Source of the DNA: Octopus bimaculoides
Taxonomy: Eukaryota
Assembly (NCBI RefSeq): GCF_001194135.2
Contig: NC_068989.1
Coordinates: 39,938,339-40,000,773 of the forward strand
Length of the DNA stretch: 62,435 nucleotides
Direction: 5' to 3'
Part shown: positions 12,052-23,335 of the stretch, piece after piece
Layout of the letters: every line of letters begins with the position of its first letter
Position numbering within the stretch: the stretch's first letter is position 1
Notes under the pieces: generated by a model
The model's input: the letters and a program-made list of their open reading frames with translations, nothing else
Database searches by the model: none
Told to the model about the DNA's origin: nothing
Program-made: the position numbers and the translations under genes

Positions 12052-13298
12052 TAGTCAAGTATGAAGTTTGTAGAAAAGAAAAAATGTTTGCAAATGTTTT
12101 ATACACACAAGGAATACTTTTATTCATCAAAGTATGCTCCCATATTGTCAATACACTTGTGCCATTTCAGCGGTAGCATGTCCAGCCCAGAACTGTAAAA
12201 GCCTGGCAATCTAGATCAATAAAATCTTGGAAGGCCTGTTTTACAGCATCGTCGGAATTAAAATTTTTTCCTATTAAAATGTGATCCAAATTCTGGAAGA
12301 AGTGGTTGTCAGTAGGGGCAAGATTAGGTGAGTATGGTGGATGATAGAGAACGTCCAACTCCAAATCCTGTAGTTTCGCCAATGTGTGGTCTGGAGTTGT
12401 GTTGCAATAAAATAGGAGTGGTTCCGTTGACTAATCTAAGCTGTTTTTGTAAGTTTCTGCCTCATTTCGTCGAGTTAGCTGCAGTACACTTCGGCCATGA
12501 ATGATGAACCAGGTTTAGTGAAATCATATTGGATCACACCTGCGCCAGACCACCGAACACACACCATCAGCTTCTTTTGATGAATTTTGCTTTTGGACTG
12601 TGTTTTGGTGGCTTGTCTTTGTCCAGCCATCGCGCTGAACGTTTTCGGTTGTTGTATTGGATCCATTTCTTATCATATGTAACAATTCGATTCAAAACTG
12701 ATTCATTTTTGTGACGAGAAAGTAGCATAATGCAAGCTTCCAAGCGTTGCTGTTTCTGATTTTCATTGAGTTCATGTGGAACCGACTTATCCAAATTATC
12801 TACTTTACCTATTTGAACTAGGTGAGTCATATTGTTTGCTTGCTAACACCAAACAACAACGATAATTCACGGGCACTTTGAGATGAATCTGACTCGGCGA
12901 TGGCTTTCAGTTCATTATCCACCTTTGTTTCTGGTCGACCGCGTTGCTCATTTGTGAGATCAAAGTAGCCAGAACAAAATTTTGCAAACCAATTTGATAC
13001 TGTCAAATTAGAATGAAATACTCCATTAATATTCCGAGCTGTCTTTAATGCTGTATTTCCCAAAAATAACTCATATGTCAAAACTGTACGAATTTCCGAC
13101 TTAACCATCTCTAAACAAACATAGCAAAAGATGATTTATGAATACTTTATAAAGCGTAAAATGAGTTAGAATAAGGAAATAGATGTGTCAGCTTTCTAAT
13201 AAAAAATAATGATTGTTAAAATATAATAATAGCACAAAATGAGCAGCTGTCAAAGTTTGCCCTATACCTTACTACAAATTTCGTACTTGATGACCTAA
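12047..13298 (-). mobile_element. Full-length decayed mariner (cecropia/Hsmar1-like) with TIRs
   Basis: Frameshifted transposase pieces MVKSEIRTVLTYE...GRP...VPHEL...IVTYDKKW...HPPYSPNLAPTD; the second catalytic Asp reads QHNSRPH. TIR cores tcaagtatgaagtttgtag and rc tcaagtacgaaatttgtag; (TA)n on both sides. Confidence 0.92.
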
Positions 13299-13313
13299 GA
13301 TATATATATATAT

Positions 13314-13590
13314 GCATATAAATACAGTGTACATTTAAACACATAGCATTCCTTGCACGCTAGAAAGAACAGCTAAGTACCAATCCACTATTAGGGATAA
13401 AACTTCGAAAGGAATGAAAAATAAAGACATTAACCATGGTCCAGGAGCTAGATGGTAAATGCTTTTAATTTTCGATCCCTTCGAAGTTTTATCCCTAATA
13501 TTGGTTTGGGACTTAGCTGTTCTTTCTAGTATGCAAGGAATCCTATGATGGATACCTCTTATGTGTTTAAATGTATACTGTATTTATATG
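13314..13590. repeat. Foldback, ~125-bp arms with ~14-nt loop
   Basis: ctagaaagaacagctaagt...ttagggataaaacttcgaa pairs with ttcgaagttttatccctaa...acttagctgttctttctag. Confidence 0.9.
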
Positions 13591-14214
13591 AATAATATAT
13601 AGTCTATGGACTAAATTTTTACACGTTAGGCCATTGGTAGTAGAAATTTCTAATATTTCTTATNNNNNNNNNNNNNNNNNNNNNNNNNNNNNNNNNNNNN
13701 NNNNNNNNNNNNNNNNNNNNNNNNNNNNNNNNNNNNNNNNNNNNNNNNTATATATATATATACATTTATACACACATACGTATATATGTATTTGTATATA
13801 TACTTATATATATGTATACATAATACATACACCCACCCACCCACACTCATGCATAGACATGCATATATACAAGCATGCATACACACACATACATGCTTCC
13901 GTGTGTTTCTGAATATTTAAATGATGTAAAAGGACAGGTAAATGAAAGTACTCGAAGCTAAAAGTTTACGAAACGTTACTCCGAGTTTCTAAGTTCCGAT
14001 TTTCAAGTGGTTATGAAAAAATAAAGCATAAGGAGAAATCTAAAAGACACAAAATAATGTTCTTGGAATACCTAGATAAGTTTTTATTACGTAAGAATGA
14101 AACAGAAAGCTGATTGATAAAATATGAAGACCGTGGATTTGCCAGTTAGAGAAAAAAAGATGTAGGATATGATAAGAAAAGAAAAACAGAAAAGCAGTAT
14201 AAATATCTATTGTC

Positions 14215-14412
14215 CTTTCTTTGTTCCAGTCGTTGGAACAAGTGGAAGATATTAAACATTTATACCGTCGGCTCACCACCCTGAAATTTATAGCCGACCA
14301 AATCAACCCCAAGATATTTTTTAAGCCTTATACCTTTTCTGTCGGTGGCTCTGAACCCAGAACCAACTTTAGAGGGGAAGCAAACTTCTTGCCACATAGT
14401 CTCACCTGTGGC
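14215..14412 (-). mobile_element. Decayed, internally deleted family B SINE
   Basis: Minus strand head tgtggcaagaagtttgcttcc...ggttctgggttcag and 3' part aggcttaaaaaatatcttggggttgatttggtcggcta...gactggaacaaag resemble 55560-56145. Confidence 0.6.
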
Positions 14413-14817
14413 ATATACGTAAGTAGCTCTCTGTGTAAGTAACACGGTATATAAGTAAGCAACACTCTAAGTATATTGGGAGCACTTTATTTGAGCATCA
14501 ATCTCTCTCTCTCTCTCTCAGTTTCTCTCTTTCTCTCTCTCTCTATGTATGTATGTATGTATGTATGCATGTATGGATGTATGTATGTATGCATGCATGC
14601 ATGAATGTATGTACGTATGTATGTATATATGTATGTACGTATGTACGTATGTGTGTATGTAAATGCAAAAATTATTCTCACTTTCTCTTTCTCTTTCTTC
14701 ATATATATATTTCGTTTTTGGATTTGGTTTGCGAGATTTTTTATGTGATTTCGTGTGTTGAAGCATATTCTGTTGTGTCTGGGGAAAGTCATTTTCTTAT
14801 TGTGCCTTGAAATTTAA

Positions 14818-14909
14818 CACACTCACCGTTAAAATTTCCACTTATTTCTTATTTTTATTTATCTAAAATAAGAAATAAGTAATAAGTGGAAATTTTAACG
14901 GTGAGTGTG
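14818..14909. repeat. Near-perfect palindrome next to a gap
   Basis: cacactcaccgttaaaatttccacttatt pairs with aataagtggaaattttaacggtgagtgtg. Confidence 0.9.
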
Positions 14910-15090
14910 NNNNNNNNNNATATATATATATATATATATATATATAAGACTAGCATTCTAGAGTAGGCTCTAACCAGCAGAGATGAAAAGTACAGAATTT
15001 AGACTACTTTTAGAATACTAACACTATGTGTAGGAAATTTTGAGGTTAGATTTATATTTAATTCTGGTGGTATCCGAAACACTGTTAATA

Positions 15091-15185
15091 ACACTCTGAA
15101 GAAGCGGCAATTAACACCAAAATTCACATCAAGAAGCAAAACTTTCCAGTGTGCACGAAATCGCAGCGGAAACATATGCAGGTGT
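15091..15185 (+). ncRNA. Hammerhead relic (cleavage triplet GUA mutated to GCA)
   Basis: ACACT-CTGAAGA-A-GCGGC...GCAGC-G-GAAAC-ATAT-GCA-GGTGT. Stem I is 5 bp and the stem III loop is palindromic. Confidence 0.4.
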
Positions 15186-15456
15186 AGAAATGGAAAGATG
15201 TGATTCACAGGAGAATAAAACTGGATATATAAATCTCTATTCTCCCTATTAATTTATTATTTCTTCTCTACCGACAACATGCAGTCTCTATAGAGAAATA
15301 TAGACTTACCGATGTGAAGATCTACTGTGGATAGTAAAATAAACGAACTAGAGTTTTTCTACACTCACGGAGGTTAGCCAGCATTATTAACCGGTAAATG
15401 CCAATACAGTACCCGCTAGGATTGTATATCCCTACAAACCTAATTTGGAAACTTAC

Positions 15457-15505
<49 letters not shown>

Positions 15506-15506
15506 A

Positions 15507-15540
<34 letters not shown>

Positions 15541-15574
15541 GTGCGTGTGTGTGTGCATTTGTGCACACAAGTGT

Positions 15575-15706
15575 ATATCGAGAGAGGCGGAGAAAGAGAA
15601 GCTGTTACAATGAAACATTATTAATAGCAAAACAAACCGAAATTCAACGCACATATTTAGCCATTAAACAAGGTAAAATCGACCACGATGTTTTTATCAC
15701 TGACAG
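15575..15706 (+). repeat. ~132-bp direct repeat, copy 1 (copy 2 at 17835-17969)
   Basis: atatcgagagaggcggagaaagagaagctgtt...tttatcactgacag occurs twice with few differences. Confidence 0.9.
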
Positions 15707-16170
15707 CATCATAAATATGATTTTTTAGTTAAAAATAACCTGCAACACGAGACATCCTTTCGTTCAGAAGATAAAACTGAGATATTAAAACGTTAACTGA
15801 TTTAGGAAGTTTGTTGTTCCAAAGCAAGCATAAAGAATTAATATGCACCATATATTGAGATTTGTCACTTTTGAGCAAGTGTAGCTTGGAAATTTGTACC
15901 ACGCGTTTGCTAGTCGCACTATGTGCTTATGTGATCCGGTTTTGTAATCGTTAATGTGGCGAAAAATCCAAGGTATGAGAGATGTTCGATCCAAAACCCA
16001 CAAATCTATATTTGTAAGCTAAATACTTAAACTACTTAGTTACAAGACATCACAGAATTATTTTTTAAAAAATCGTCAATAAAAATACAGTCGTAATTTG
16101 ATGAATTATGTTTGAAATACAAGCTGTTCCTTTAAACATAGACAAACAAACACATACATAAACATACACG

Positions 16171-16223
<53 letters not shown>

Positions 16224-16564
16224 CTTCTCCTCACCCCCTTTGTTTCTTTCCCTCATCCTCTCTGTTGTCTCCCTTTCCCGTTGCTTGTTTGCTCTCACCT
16301 CTGCCTTTTCTGGACGTGACGTCCACCTAGCTGGACGTCATTTCTCTCGCCTCCCGACATTTTTCTCTTCTACTATTTTCTGCTCTTCTGTTTATTCTAT
16401 GTCCTTTAAAGTCTCTCTCAGGCGTTACTCATTACAATGCGTCTTGAACTAACGGTCCTTAATGTTTGTCTTCGTCGATTATTTACTCTGTACGTCCACT
16501 TTATTGCTCTTTGTTCGTTCGAAGCTCTGACTCTCTACAAACTTTATATTTAAAACATGGATGG

Positions 16565-16625
16565 TGTTGTCTTATGAAGTTTTCCTATCTTGTCGTCGAA
16601 AGCTCGAAACAGGGAGTAATAAACA
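16565..16625 (+). ncRNA. Hammerhead relic (core CTTATGA)
   Basis: TGTTGT-CTTATGA-AGTTTTC(13 nt)GAAAGCT-C-GAAAC-AGGGA-GTA-ATAAACA. Stem II is 7 bp; core G5 is mutated. Confidence 0.4.
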
Positions 16626-16654
16626 GTCGACAACTGAGGAGGAGTTAAACTGCT

Positions 16655-16823
16655 TTTGGTATTTTGTCCCGTACTTGTCTTTCGTTATGTATTTACGTAT
16701 TTTTCACTCGTTGTTGATGTCCTATTCTTAATGCGTATTTTTTGGTATTTTGTCCTGTACTTATCTCTCGTGTGTTTACGTGTTTTTGGCTCGTTGGTGA
16801 TGTCCCGTACTTAATGTGTATTA
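16655..16823 (+). repeat. Diverged tandem dimer of an ~85-bp unit
   Basis: tttggtattttgtcc...ctcgttg.tgatgtcc...cttaatg.gtatt occurs twice in tandem. Confidence 0.8.
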
Positions 16824-17019
16824 TATATATATATACATACATATACATATATACACCCACACATAATCACACATACACATGCATACACACTTAGACGTAA
16901 ATATTTATAAACTAATTCATCCGTTCAATGTTAATATAAAAAGTATAATAGCAAATATTTGCGTATATACACGCAAACATATATACGTATAGACGTACGC
17001 TAGATCATTGAATGTAACG

Positions 17020-17818
17020 GCAAGAGTTTCATGAGGTAGTGTGCCAAGTGACATTGCTGTGTTCCGCAAATTGTGAAGTTTGTGTGTATGCTGTAGTCTG
17101 CGATTTTGTTAGAAACATCGCGTCGAAGTCTGTCAAGATCTCCGTCAGCGTGCCGCTGATGACGCGTCCTTCATATCAAGGATCATCATCGGTCATGAAA
17201 GTTGGGTCTACGGATATGACTCTGAGACGAAGCAGACAATGGAAGAGCCCTCCACGACTGAAGAAAACACGACAGAATCGCCGCTGAATCAAGAGCGTGC
17301 TCATCGCCTTTTTCAACAACCGAGGTACTGTGCCGTACCCCAGGGACTGACCGTAAATCGAGAGTTCTACTGCGACGTGTTGAAGCGATTCAAAGAGGAC
17401 ATGCGGCGAAAGCAAACGGATCTGTACAGTGTAAAGAATTGAATTCTTCACGATGACAATGCACCCTGTCACTGAGCTGTCTTAACTCATGAGTTTCCCG
17501 CCAAAAACAACATGGTAACACTCCCCCCACCATTCACCAGATTTAGCACATGCGGACTTCCAACTCTTCCTCAAGAGGAAAATGCAGCTCAAAGGTCACC
17601 GTTTCAATACCGTTCTCAGGATCAAGAGTGAATCGCTCAAGGTCTTCCACTCTCTAACGGAAAACTACTTCTAGGCCGGATCCCGAAAGTGGCAGTAACG
17701 CTGAGTATGTTACTGAGCAAAGTGACTATTTTGAAGGAGATAATGTTAAAACTTAGGTAAATAAGTTATTTATTATTAAACACAACTAATCCAGGAACTT
17801 TTTGATACCATCTCTTAC
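17020..17818 (+). mobile_element. 5'-truncated decayed mariner (irritans-like)
   Basis: IIIGHESWVYGYDSETKQ, VNREFYCDVLKR, ILHDDNAPCH and HSPDLAHADF motifs; 3' TIR-like aggaactttttgataccatctc. Confidence 0.88.
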
Positions 17819-18779
17819 ACACACACACATGCACATATCGAGAGAGACGGAGAAAGCGAAGCTGTTGCAATGAAACATTTATTAATAGCAAAACACAAAC
17901 CGAAATTCAACGCACATATTGAGCCATTAAACAAGCTAAAATCGACTACGATGCTTTTATCACTGACAGAATATATATACTGTACTTGTACTGTACTTTA
18001 TACATACGTACGTTTCGTTTGAAGCTCATTGGATGCATTGAGAGTAAAAAAATACGAAAATATAGTAGGAATTAAAACAAAACAGGAAACAAGAATCTCA
18101 TGCAGCTATGAATCATGAGTGAAAGAAGTAATAAAAGTAAACTCACATACTCCGTCACATAAGTACCTGCAGATAGAAAATATATAAATTGACAGGAAAT
18201 AACATGAAAGGCAGGGGAATTAGAAAGTAACTCTGTAAATGGAGAGGGTTCTATGTTTAGCCGAATCAGCACATCAACCCGTAGTAAGGACATGGAAAGG
18301 TAACATAGAATCAAATAGTTCGTATACACGTTAATAAAATTAGGCGAGTTATCTACCAGGGAAATTATAATTACGCTAAATAGTGTTAAAGAGATACAGT
18401 ACGATCCTAGAGGCGAGGGAACGTGAGGTACCTTACGAAACTATCGTTAGCTACAACTTAAGAGAAAGTGACTGGTACTGTAATCAGAGTTTGCAGTCGA
18501 GGAACATATAACGTAAACAATGTTTACATCGTATAATCAGTTCATCAGTGCTATGAAGAATATTATCCTTACTATTCATAAGTGTCATAATCTTTGTAGC
18601 ATATAATGAGCACTTATTGTTATAACTCACTATAGCGTTTCGCACGTTAAACGATCGACCATCTAATATAGTAGTTTACAAAATCCTCCTTTAATTTCCA
18701 AATTATTTGAGGGTGAGATGTGCTACCAGCCTTGATTTCGAGTCTTAGTGTCATATTGTGATTATGTAATCGATACTAT

Positions 18780-18960
18780 AAGGCGGTGAGCGAGCAGAAT
18801 CGGTAGGACGCCGGGTGAAATGCTTGGCAGTATTTCGTCCGTCTTTACGTTCTGAGCTCAAATGCTGCCGAGGTTGACGTTGTCTTTTATCCTTCAGGGT
18901 CAATGTAATCGAATATCCCCCTTTTCAAATTTTCAGGCCTTGTACCGATAGTAGGAAAGA
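18780..18960 (+). mobile_element. SINE family A
   Basis: aggcggtgagcgagcagaatcggtagg...gagctcaaatgctgccgaggttgac...ggccttgtaccg. Confidence 0.8.
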
Positions 18961-20879
18961 TAATGTAATCAGGACTTCAGGTTATTGCATGAAGCATCTG
19001 TGTAAATATATCTAGTCTGATTTGTAGTAAGTACATATTGATAATGACTTTTTTTTAGACACGTTATATAACGGACTGGTGCGGAAAAATTTATAATTAC
19101 ATAATTTCTTTGTCGGTCCACGTACGGTGTCCTTCGGTTTAATGCGCCATCACTGCCTTCATTAAAACACCCCCAGTTTTATCACCGACAAGGTTGCAGG
19201 GTTAATGCGCTTGCAGTCACTACTAATGTTGTTCAAATAAGAAATTTACTGTGCACAATATATGAACCATAATCACGCCTCTTTCGATGAATGCAATGCG
19301 AATAGTCCTGGTATTAGCATTCGGGATGTCGGTTACCTCTCCTATTTACCGATGGTATTTTGTGTTGCTGTATGTCTCTGAGGTCTGGATTTTTGTGTAC
19401 AGATATTGCTAGTCATTTATTATTAATTCTATGCATAACATCAGCTATATTAAAGGTAGTAGACTACGATAGTTTAATGGAGTGGGGATTATAAAAATCT
19501 TCCAGTACTTACTAGATGTGTGTAAGTGCCTCTCTAAAGCAGCCAAAAACAGTTTCGGTAATTTCAGTTATGTAGAGAACGAAGTGATCTTGAAATTTCA
19601 CAAAAATCTAACTCATTAATGATATGTATAAGTAGGACACATGATTAGCTCTTTGCCAATCTCACCTCTCGCTCGTTTTTTCATTCTTAAAATGTGCATC
19701 TTTTTCTCAAGTCGGTTTTTTAAAAAATATAATTCATTATAAAATATAATTTCCTACAATATAGTCGTATATACCCAATGAGAAAGGACACCGGAAAGCC
19801 ATGGAACGTTTGAAATGTTATTTAGTATGTACCTAGTACCTTTTTTAAAACAACTATTGTGCTTGACTACGTCTTCCATTCCGTCCATTTACAGACCTGA
19901 TTATCGCACAATAAGCAACATTTGTTGCTTTTGCACTGGTGTTGAATAGCATCGGTAATCCCATCGGAATGTTTTGCTACATCTCGATACGGGACGAAAC
20001 GTATTTGATGCTTTGATTAATAAACTTTACTCATCAATTTTAATTATTGATTCATTTGTGTTCTCTATAAAAGGTTGTTTATGCAAGATAGTAAACAACT
20101 TTTTTTACCGTGTTAGATTGATTGATCCTACTACATTATTCACACAAGTACAGCATATATATTTTGTGTGTGTGTGTGTGTGTTCATGTGTGCGTGCACA
20201 CGTTATATGTATACTTGCACATAGCTTTATAGGATAAAAACTCAAAAGTTAGCTGAAAGGGCACTTAACACATGTATAGAGAATATAAAGATTTAATTTG
20301 AGAAAGAAAAGGGACCTTCAAAACTTCACCTGTGATTGGCTTCGTTAGACTATGAATTCAATAGTTACAGATACTGTTTATATACTTGGGTCCATCATAT
20401 AGTTAAGATACTGGTGTGATTTATCGAAAATGAGAATAAATTGAACTTTCAAACAAAAAATTAATTCGAAAAAATTATTATTAATGGGGGCAGGTCTGTT
20501 TAAGCGGAAATAGTTTTAGCGGATGGGTTTGGTGTGGCTTGATTTGGCTTGGCTTGGCTTGGTAAGAGCCAAATCAGACTGCCACAAAATTCTTTAGAAG
20601 GGGATTCAGTTGGCACTGTTCGTCAATTAGTGAAGAAAATGACGCTGGTTGAACTAACTCAAGCGTGATGCTACGTTAAAGTTTTAAAAGGCTGCATTTT
20701 GGGAACAATATCAATAGAAATATCTGATTACTTATGCACAGATGTATGTATGTATGTATGTATGTATGCATGCGTGTATGTCTCTTCTATTTTTAATTAT
20801 TATGAATCATCCAATGGAGCCGATTTCCAACAAAGATGCAAGGCTCCATCATTGGGATGTAGTTAACACAGACAAATTC

Positions 20880-22340
20880 ACATTTGGAACTTGAAAATGT
20901 CAGTTTATCCAGATTCACTTTTAAGCGTTCACTAACAAAACCTGCTGCTCCAATTATTATTGGTATGAATATGAATTCATAGTCTGGATATAGAAGCTGG
21001 AGGTTTCGAAGTAGTTGTCCATAGATATTCTCTTTTTCTTTGATTTTCAAAGAGATATTTATATCTGCCGGGCAGCTATCCTCTATGACAATATCCGTCC
21101 TGCTATGCTTACATTTGACAGAAGTTTTGATGGGAATATTCCACCAGTATTTCTTGAGTTGTTTGAGTTGGTGTTCATGAATGTATTCCATAACAGAGGG
21201 ATTTTCTAAGTTTATTTCAGGATACTCTTTTTTGCGGATGGCATTATAAATTGTTTTAGCAACAACAACATCGTGCCGCATAGGGAGGTAGTACCGTAAT
21301 GACATTTTAGGACAGCCGCTAATCACATGCATAATGTCTTTCACAGAAACATGACAGCCTACACATGCGTTTGCACCTTGGGATTACATGAGCGTCACTG
21401 TCTCTCTTGTTCACCAAGTACTTTGTGGCAATCTCCTGTTCCTGGATTGCAAACGCATAGCCTTCAAAGTGTGATGTGATGTAGTGGTCTTGTATCCAAG
21501 AGAGGCTGCGTTTTGTGTCAATTCTACTGTCTTCTTCAGGCTTCCGGGCAACATACCCATGAAAGGTCTTTTTGTTTGGTTGCTGAGTGTTTTCCATGCA
21601 GGTCTTCTCTGAGGTAAGAGAGCCCAGCTGTTTTGGGGCGATATAGGAGATCATCAGGAACAGAGTGTTTCTTGAGGAGTTCACTGTCAATTCGAACAAT
21701 GTTGCCGACTTCATTTTCAGGACCGCATTAATATATTTATTTTTACTTCTATTGTTTAGCAGGTGCTGCCTGAGCGATACCATGCGGTATTCGAAGGCCG
21801 TCTGCACTGATCTCAGGCCTCTACCACCTTCATTTCTTCTTAGGTAGAGCCTGTCAATATCACTGTTTCTGTGGAAGTTCCCAGTTGTTGTCAGGATTTT
21901 GCGGGTTTTGATATATATATGGAGTGGATTTCCTCTACAGACCAATCAAGTATCCCAAATGCTGGGATCAGCACTGGTATTACAAATGCATTGCGGGATA
22001 TTGTTTTGTTGTAAGAGGAGGATTCCGACTACCATATTTTCCTAAGTCTGGTGTGATATTCTCGGGTCACTCTATCATTATTCACAGTGCCTTCATATGA
22101 TACATTTTCATCTATGCCTAGGTACTTGTAACATTCTTTGTATGGAATGAAGGAGATAGAAATGCCGTTGATGCACAGATTTTGGGTTTGAGAGACTGAC
22201 TTTCCTCGTTCTATAACCAAATATGAACATTTCTTTTTGCCAAATTCCATGCGTATATCAGCTGAAAATGTTATCAATTCCGGTTGTGTTTTGGCTTTGT
22301 TAACAATTTTAGCATAAATCTTCAGGTCGTCTACAAAAAA
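20880..22340 (-). mobile_element. Decayed R4/Dong-type RLE LINE (partial RT, zinc knuckle, endonuclease), 5'-truncated
   Basis: FVDDLKIY...DIRMEFGKKKC...YKYLG...DIDRLYLRRNEGGRGL...AIQEQEIATKY...HVISGCPKM...RHD...WWN. Confidence 0.88.
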
Positions 22341-22664
22341 ATTATGAGTTACATTGATATTTACATATGTATGTATGTTTGTATGTATGTATGTATGTAT
22401 GTATGTATGTATGTATGTATGTATGCATGAAAATATGAATGTATGTTAGTATGCATATATGCGCGCGTGTGTTTGTTTGGCATAAAACCCATCCACGCAT
22501 ACATACATGGACACATACATACATATATGAGAATGAATCGCTTTTTAGTATGTACATAGGTATGTATGTTCTCTTTCCCGTTTTAATTTAGAGTAAATTT
22601 TGACCGGCCACCTATTTGGTAGCAAGGTTGTGAAGGAAAGTATCTTATTTTCACCGTCATCCTT

Positions 22665-23335
22665 TAAATGTTAAGAACGTCTTGCAGAGTCTTATAGTCC
22701 AAGATATCGCGATCAATTGTAGTGTATGAATTAAAGACTTGCATTCACTCCCCAAGATTCCAAGTTCAGCCATACTTTGCTCTAGACGGATTGGTATGTA
22801 TCATGTTGTAATAATAAGTATGAAACTGATAGTATATCTTGGGTACTGGATTTGTAAAATCCTTATCAACGGTCCGTAGACGTTCTCTTTCTCTTACATA
22901 TCTCTAACCATATTAGTTTCCAAAGGACAACTGATTTCCACAACCGAATCTCGTTTTTTTATGGTCGCACCCAACGATATCTGGCTGGTTATGTTTTAAG
23001 TTGGTGGCTGTTTTAATTTTCAAATTCCACCAGTATTCTTTTGAGCCATCGATCTCAATATGGTCAACTTCGCTTGTAGGTTTTCTCTTTTTGTTATTTT
23101 CTTCCAGACTGTTCTGGCTACCGTATCATGCCTCGTGGGAAGATACTATCTGGAAGACATTCTCTCAGAGCTGACAATAATGTGGTTGATGTTTTCAGTC
23201 TTGGGCCTGCACAACGTACATTTGTTGTCTGTCAACGTTTTCTGCCTTTATATTGTAGATACTTTGTGGGGATCTCTTGTTCTTGGATTGCATGAATGTA
23301 GCTTTCAAAATATAATGTCATAAACTTGACGGTAT
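22665..23335 (-). mobile_element. 3' fragment of a related R4/Dong-type LINE
   Basis: Minus strand with frameshifts: IHAIQEQEIPTKY...CTLCRPKTENINHII...RHDTVA...EYWWN...HNQPDIV...EISCP...KENVYGPL. Confidence 0.8.
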
